From NCBI RefSeq assembly GCF_000150275.1, contig NW_002060949.1:395861-459860 (forward strand): DNA of 64,000 nt, in the 5' to 3' direction. Each line of letters begins with the position of its first letter. Position 1 is the stretch's first letter. Below the pieces are notes generated by a model that was not told the origin of the DNA, searched no databases, and saw only the letters and a list, made by a program, of their open reading frames with translations. The stretch comes from Trichoplax adhaerens. Taxonomy: Eukaryota; Animalia; Placozoa. Position numbers and translations under genes: made by a program. Below, piece after piece: positions 56,449 to 64,000 of this stretch.

Positions 56449-56547
56449 CGCCCTGCTTGCCAGATACTGTATATAGAAATCCCCAACTGTAAAATACCCT
56501 TGATGTCGTTCACAACTTGCTTGCATCAACGTTTAGCGCATTTAAGA

Positions 56548-56946
56548 ATGTACAGTACAGCATATTATACTGTATTTCAATCAGCAGCAAGAATGATTCC
56601 GTGTGATACAACTTGGGTTACCGTACTGTACTGTACGTACAGTAGCTTCAACTTACTGTGTACTGTACACTGTACTGTACAGTACCGTAAATCATGTTTA
56701 CCGCTCGTGATAGTTTATTGATGACAGCGTACTGTACTGCACAGTATAGTAATTTCACTACTGTAATAAGATTCTTGTCCACTTGTACAGTACAGTACAG
56801 TACAGTCGTGTGTGCACTACAGACTGTGCAGTACAGTACAGTATAGTGTACTGTACTGTACAATGTACTGTACTGTACAGTACTAATCTTTGACTATCCC
56901 TCCTACAGAACAGTATAAATTACAGGTTCTCTTTACTGTGTACTGA
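56548..56946. repeat. TACTG/CAGTA array in the divergent PSMG3 / TMEM38 promoter
   Basis: Dense pentamer blocks fill most of the 531 bp between the two divergent ATGs (56448 and 56980). Confidence 0.85.
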
Positions 56947-56979
56947 ACTTTACTGTTCTGAACGTAATTTCACACAAAC

Positions 56980-59693
56980 ATGGATGGTGAGGTTCATTCG
57001 TAAGTATCGTATAATTGACTGAACAAATTTAGCTTCAAGATCGCTAAATGGCAGCGCGACGTTTTAGAGTAATCTGTTTATTCATTGTCTTATTATTTAT
57101 TACTAGTCATTAATTAATAAAGTGTGCACTGCTGTACGTATATAGCGTGCATAGAAGACTTTAGAGTACACTGACTTATTATATTAGACTTACTACTTTT
57201 TAAATAAACATTTTCATTGATTTGTTCCGTCATTCATGGTAGGTTATATACAACGGCTCTAAACGAATTTGCGCGAATTCCTATCTTTCCTTATTTGCAG
57301 CTCTGTCATATGGTACTTTGCGCGATGAAACTAAGAAAAGAGCAAGGTTAGTTATATAGCATTAATTAAATAAATAAATTGTGCAACAGTTGGTCACACC
57401 CGTTCGTGCTTTGATGAAAGAAATTTACGGCGTGTTCACGTTAAATTAATTAATTATTGATCGATATCCACCAATTTAGTATTATACTGTACTCGTATTT
57501 CGTATAACATATTGTTACGGCGAGTGCGAAATAATGATATACTGCATACGTACGTAGACAAAATCCCTTACGGTGTATTGAAAAGTTTCCATATAAATAA
57601 AATTGAAAAACAAATGTAGCTTAATTAAACTGACGTATAAATACTCGCATTACTTGCACATACTGTGGTCAAATACCGAACTGTATTACTGTAATGTACT
57701 GTATTGTACAATAGCGTACGTTGGTTATTATTTGAAGTATATTTTATATACTGTATATATAGTATCACGAGCTGGAAATGATTCCAGTATTGATTTATTC
57801 TGTCTCTGAGGTTCGGCATAAGTCATCGACTATTAAATATAGAATAGCATAATATAGGAATTTTATTCGCACGGTATGGTATACGGTTTAAGCTAGTACA
57901 ACAATAGCAATTAACTTAATAATATTAAAGGACTAAGTACTGTACATTGTACAGTACACATAGATTATATATAACATATATAACATTCTATAGCTATCTG
58001 TCAGCTTAATTAATTAAATTAGCTTCAAGAAAATTTAGAGTACAGGACTGTGCTATAAAACAGGCATAAATTTATAATGAATTGATTGTTATTTTCGATC
58101 TAGTGTAGTGTATGTATGCCGATAATAATTGCCAAATTTACATTAAATTACAGAAATTATGCAGATAACCCGAACGTTTCCGTTGGCTTCCTTTGTATCA
58201 TTCTATTTTACTACAGTTTCTGGTACAATTTTGGCTAACTTTTTTACCGGTAACCGTATCTTCCAACCGTTAGAAAGTAGTGACAAACTCCTGATGGCGC
58301 TCTTGATATGGTATTACTGTTGCTCTAAAATAATTAGTTTGCCTCTCACTTAATTAAGCCACATAATATCATTATATTATTAGTTAACATGCGGACAAAA
58401 AATGTTATATAAGATAGGGTAGGATTGTTATTGCCATATTACTTACACAGGTTTATAGGACTACGTAGCTTTAACTAGTAGGGATAATGCAAAGAGCACG
58501 ACATCCGTTCTTATGGCTAATATACTCCTACGTGTAGTTTATATGAACTCAATAGCTCGCACTTTTAGTAATGTACTACACTTAACAAATGAAATATTCT
58601 TTGCTCATTGCGCAGTATTTTCGCTAACTTATAAGACTTAAGTAAAAGCAAAATTTACCTGAGATAATTGGATCACATCCAATCTTATTGCGACCTAAAA
58701 ATAGTTTTACTTTTCAGGTACTTGTTTTTTTGGGGACCTGCTGATAAAGTCATGTCAGTAGCGAGCTGGAAGCCTGTAAAGGTAGTAATATCGTTAATGG
58801 TTTACATATTTTTATACCAGTGACATTAACTCTTCAAATACTTCTAGGATGAACGCTTGTTTTACCTAAATAAGACATTAGCTAGATACCATAAATTCTT
58901 TACTCTTAGATCATTATTACATCAATGAAAATGATGAAAACTGCTAAGGATGTACTAATTGGCTCAAAGTTGGGGTATACTGCAAACCCATCATCTATCA
59001 TAGCAACGGTTTTACCTGCGGCCAGCAAAAGCTGTGGAGGCTCTATGTTTGGTCCCATACACAGAATGTTACGTGGTTCCTTTAAAATCGAAGATTATAA
59101 GCATGAATTGCTAAAGCCATCATTGTAGGAAGTCTACAGTAGCATCGTTAACAATCTCTGATTAAAATCGACGCCAAATATTTATGTTTTCTATATACGA
59201 GTGCATAGTTGCGCACACCGGGTGAATTACGTGATTTTACTAGTGACATTATTTTCGGAGATTTCGACAATAGAAAATCTATTTCTATATTGATATGCTA
59301 GTCTATTCTATATTTCTGAAGACATGTACATGTACTGTAGACATTATCAGATTATACTTTTTATACGGCCTTGCTGCATCGTTGCTAAACAGCTTTCTTT
59401 AACTTATTGTTCCGACTAATTTTGGGTTCCTTTTTTATATTGATAATATTAGGAATTTAAGGATTGCCGTTATAACTAGCATCCTTTACCACTATCAATT
59501 TCAAAGAGTGATTGACGTCACGAAAGAAACAATTTTACTTGGATCGGCCATAATATTTGTAGCTTTCGGAATTCTATCAGTGATTATGGAAAATTCTATC
59601 AACCCATTTGCTTCTATTGAGAAACTTATATATAACATATTGATGATTGGTTCAAGTCAGGAAGATAAAGAAAAGAGAACAAAGCAGGATTAA
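56980..59693 (+). CDS. TMEM38: Trimeric intracellular cation channel (TRIC/TMEM38 family), 6 exons
   Basis: Exons 56980-56999, 57243-57346, 58154-58310, 58718-58781, 58910-59124 and 59453-59693 give FARIPIFPYLQLCH, RTFPLASFVS...ILANFFTG, LLIWYLFFWGPAD...WKPVKIIITSMK, KSCGGS...RMLRGSFK...HELLKPS and NPFASIEK. These parallel TMEM38 FSRVPLFPVF, HPIASWL, VWYLIFFCPLD...PVKLI and LLRGVWKPETNEIL. Confidence 0.85.
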
Positions 59694-61272
59694 AACTACA
59701 TTTTACGTAGTCAATTTTAATGCTATTAGAGCTTAAAGTAATGTTTCCCAAACTTACAATCATGCCTTTCGTATTCGCACGTAAAATGCCAATAATTTAA
59801 GAGCGCGATCCGCATTAAAATCGGCGTAAGGTTTTATGAAGCATTCATTGGCATCAAAGCTATCGGCAACTGGATCATGTAATCCATAACTAAAACCTTT
59901 TAATTTTTTATTTATTTTTATCGTATATCTATGTTACATGATTGTAAATTGTAATTAAAAGGGAAGAATTTAAATGTGCGTTTTAGTGCCTTTCCTCAGA
60001 TCTTACTTTGCAATAGTATGTTATGCGAAGTACCTTTCAGCTAACACTGTCGTACCATAGTCAGCAATTCATTTTAACTAACCAAATATTAGATAACGTG
60101 CTAGCAGCATTATAGCTCACAAGCACTTCATGGCGCAACCACAAAGCCATCTGTCCAACTCGTAATCAAGGTGACGTTACTTTAACGTTGGAAAAGAAGC
60201 ACCTATTGTAATGTACGGTATAGATCTGGATACCTCTTTAACTGCATTGCGAATAATAAGCTACAGTATATCTATCCTAAATTATATATGGTAAAAATCA
60301 ATGATAATAATTACGCGATGACACTGATAATTATAACAAACCATTCAGCTTTTATCATAAGAGTGTAACTATTTTTGTTCTACATCGTAATGTATCCTTC
60401 GAAATTATTTTATAGAGCACAACTACGTTCCTCACCAAATATAGTATAACGTAAATACGTAAATAAAATAAATTACGTTTTAGTTTTTGCCTTCACAATC
60501 TCATGTACATATTCAGAAGCATAGCATACCTCATATTATGCACGTTGGCAAGTAATAAGAATTCTGAAATCATGAAATATCAAGCTTTGCACTGATACAG
60601 TTGCTTACGCCGTTATGAATACCTCTTATTTCCTGCTGTATATGCTCAGGCAAAAGATTTCTCTCCAAATACAAAAACTTTGCAAAACTGGTTTGTAGCA
60701 AGGTTGCAGCAGCTGTAAGAATAACAGTGACTACTAACAATAGTAACCATTTCTGAATAGACTGTATGTTGTGGCTTTATTGCCTTCACAATGTTATTTC
60801 CTTTATTACGACTGTTAACTAAACAATCGATTACTAATCAAGAGCCATTCCTTCTCATAAAGCAAAATCAAACTAATCCCATCTAGTATGATAGCGTAAC
60901 CATAAGCAATATCACCTAAGTAAAGTCCTATATAGACTATTCATAATACTAACTGTACAAACAGTAGTCAAATTGCATAATACATCTTGAAAAATTAATT
61001 TTACCAGAAAGAATTCTTGGACATAGAACATGCTATGAATCATTCATTTAATACTCCACAAGCACAGAAGAAATAAATTTCTAGCATTATATACAGCATG
61101 ATTTTATATGCAGCAAAATATTAAAACTAGTAGACGCCGTGGCTGATTGTTTAAAAAGGATTTGCTTCCTATTAATTAAGATGATACAGAGGTGATCCCA
61201 GAACACATTTTATTGTTAAAATGTATAATACTTATGGGGCTCTATTATACAGCTAGGCTCTAATCATAGCTA

Positions 61273-63000
61273 TTAACGTTTCTGCAATCTTCTTCTCTTG
61301 CCCGGACGTTTATTACCGGCCTGATTGATTTTCATGCAAGCATATACGTATATAAAAACACAAACAAGGATAAAAAAATCAATTAGCTGTAAGAAACTTC
61401 TACCACTAAATATGGTCGTTTGCTGCTATCAATGTAATTTTCTTACACTACTGCGCTTCTTTCGAGGTTTACCATGAATCCCAGAGTCAAAAAATGACGT
61501 ATTCGCGCTTGCACTAGTATTTTTTTTTATATTCTTTTTCTTTCTACCATACCCATATTTCATATCTTTCCTTCCCTTATTTGACAAACGCGGAGACCTG
61601 TATGCAGTACGTCCTCAATCAGTTAATTTACAAACATGCCGTGCAATACCATTGTAAAGTAAGATATTTATATTTAAATAAAAGTACCTAGATTTATTTA
61701 CGTAGTTATCTACCGATTTCTGCGTTTTCATCTCAACTAAATTCGCACCTAACAGAATATGGATATAATACCGTATATTATGATTATGAATATAATATTT
61801 TAAGCATAATAGGTACATAATAGGTACATCATATACTGTATCACTGCGCGTATATAGAAGAAAAGAATCACCTTTATTTAGTTTCCCATTGGATTTTCCC
61901 GATTGGAGATTTTTTCTGTTAGATATTACCTCTTTTTCTACCTAAATGAGCGATTTAAGAGTAACGCACTTAAGACTACTGCATCTATAGTTATAATTAA
62001 TCGCACTCCGACTATGTCCATCCATACTACATATTTTAGTATGCCATATATCGCATAGGGCCATGCAAACAAACCTTTTTCCCAAATTTTTTAATGAACT
62101 GGATTCTTTTCGCTTTTTCAAAAGATTTAATATTTTCTTGTTTTTCCAATAACTTACGGCGTATCTAAGAGCCCATAATATGTATATTCAGAGAAATTAA
62201 ATTTACCTTAAAATGATAAAATCTCTTTTACATTAAAATAGTGAATTAATTGAGAAATGCAAGCTTAGATTTTAGTATACTGTCGTGTGATTACATTACA
62301 CACTACATACTGTACTGCACAGTAGCTACCCAATTTTACATCAGGTTTTCCCTTTATGAATACGATATATTACACGATCATACAACTAACAGACCTTCTG
62401 CATATGAATATCAGACTTTACCATCTCCGCAAAATAGTCAGCTGGACGCTTTGTTATAACATTTTCCGAATGCAGTTTGGGGAGAGCTTCAATCACAGCT
62501 TTCTGAGCTTGCCTATAACTGCAGATAAATAACAGTACTTACACTCTACTATGGGACTGTCTCCACACAATTATTCCTACTTTAAATAACATAAATTCTA
62601 ATAAAACTTCTTACAATGACGCTTCCCTCTGGAAATCATCATGAATTCTAGCTACATTATCATCACTAAAAGTTTTATCCACAGCTACTTCCTTTGTAGC
62701 ATGCAATAGATCCTGAGCTAAGCAGTAACTTAGAGTTACATCAATCCTTTCCAACCAATTAACACCATCGAAAATATCGGAGAGTCTCCGACGCAAGCCT
62801 TCCTACGTTTCCGTAAATAAAATAGCAATCGAAAAATTATACGAACAGTACAAGTACAGCATAACTTTCGTAGATTATACATGATATACTCCATATATAT
62901 GATCCACTTTCACATCATTACACAGATGTTCCACTACCAAAAGTTAGAAATTACTGACCGTATCGTTATGCTGTGTTCGATGTTCCGCAGCAACATCCAT
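61273..63000 (-). CDS. EBNA1BP2: rRNA-processing protein EBP2 (compact form, short N-terminus)
   Basis: WLERIDVT, IHDDFQREAS, YRQAQKAVIEALPKL, TKRPADYFAEMVKSDIHMQKIR, EKAKRIQFIKKFGKKVEKE, KDMKYGYGRKKKNIKKNT, and C-terminal NKRPGKRRRLQKR*. One internal junction near 61870/61613 is uncertain. Confidence 0.92.
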
Positions 63001-63188
63001 TTTAAGACTGTTACGTGGCTAACGCTCTAGATTGGTCTTGTACAAACTACATATATATATGTACTGTATACAGTATATATATCTATATACATAAACTATC
63101 ACCGGCGAACAGCAAGCACTGACTAAGCCCAGTATAATCCAGTAAAGAACTGTACTATAGTTTTACTTTTATCAAAATATAAATTTTG

Positions 63189-63486
63189 TACTTGTACTTG
63201 TACTGTACAGTACAGTTCTGTAGCGTACAGTACTGTATTTTATTTTGAAATTTTACACATGGTTTTACTGTACAGTACCGTACCAGGACTGTACTGTACT
63301 GTACAGTACTACTGTATGGACTTGTAAAGACTACCGTGGTATTTACTGTAGAAGTCCCTGACTGTACACTGTACAGTACAGTACAGTACAGTAAAACCAT
63401 GTGTAAAATTACGACTGTACCTACGAGCCTGACACGCAAACCGTCGCTTTACTGAATAATTAGTTGTACAGTACGCTACTGTACAC
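63189..63486. repeat. TACTG/CAGTA array in the divergent EBNA1BP2 / WDR36 promoter
   Basis: tactgtacagtacag blocks between the ATG at 63000 (-) and the ATG at 63780 (+). Confidence 0.85.
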
Positions 63487-63779
63487 TATAGTTCAGCACC
63501 ATGGCATGGGCTACGGTACTGTGCTGTTTACTTTGCTTTACCAACACCGGTACACTGAGTGTAACAGGGGTAACTTCCAAAATACTGTAGGGCCTATGGA
63601 CATGGACCTCAAGATCTCGAGGCCCTTGCACTGTAAGGAAAAAGAGTGATACGCAAAGTACTCAAGCTCCTTTTCTGCACAGGAGGCTGCTGCAGGATGC
63701 TGCTGCATATTATTAGCTAACAGCATTCAATTCTGATAGTTAGTTGTATCTATTTGCCGCGTCTGTTGGATATGTTGTT

Positions 63780-63926
63780 ATGGCTCTATCCAATACTTGC
63801 AGCAATCTTTATTCATATTATCGAGCTATAGGATGTATCTGTAACCATGTACCCTATACGATTCAAATTAAAGGTGGTGAACATTTTGTCATTACCTCGA
63901 TTGGGAAAACGTTTCACGTATATAAT
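63780..63926 (+). CDS. WDR36: WD repeat protein 36 / UTP21, first coding exon (gene continues beyond the window)
   Basis: MALSNTCSNLYSYYRAIGCICNHVPYTIQIKGGEHFVITSIGKTFHVYN|gtgaga resembles the WDR36/Utp21 N-terminus (FRALGLFSNDIP...FYVTTCVGKSFHTYD). Confidence 0.8.
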
Positions 63927-64000
63927 GTGAGATTTTAGTTTTACGACGTACAGCTATATTCTTTAATGAGCTTTACTTTTTATGTATCAACCCATTACAC

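Noticed and set aside
63620-63680. gtaaggaaaa resembling the U12 snRNA branch-site-binding sequence
   Set aside because: No U12 5' end (UGCCUUAAACUUAUGA), no Sm site and no snRNA promoter context.

Overview
AT-rich eukaryotic DNA with many short GT-AG introns and metazoan genes. The compact gene structure fits an early-branching animal such as the placozoan Trichoplax (inferred, not proven). Manual splicing supports ten protein-coding genes and one U6 snRNA. In order: Ig-FN3-mucin type I membrane protein (-), SMIM7 (+), FZR1/Cdh1 (-), a receptor with a Tie-like Ig-Ig-EGF-EGF-EGF ectodomain on two degenerate PTP domains (+), a GCN5-like acetyltransferase/coiled-coil/PARP-like fusion (+), U6 (+), OGFOD1 (+), PSMG3 (-), TMEM38/TRIC (+), EBNA1BP2 (-) and the first exon of WDR36/UTP21 (+). 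Arrays of TACTG/CAGTA pentamers joined by palindromes lie just upstream of almost every gene start, including Pol III U6. The main novelties are the HAT-PARP fusion, the Tie-type double pseudophosphatase receptor and the promoter-marking repeat. Family calls come from motifs recalled from memory; no searches were run, and exon borders are manual.
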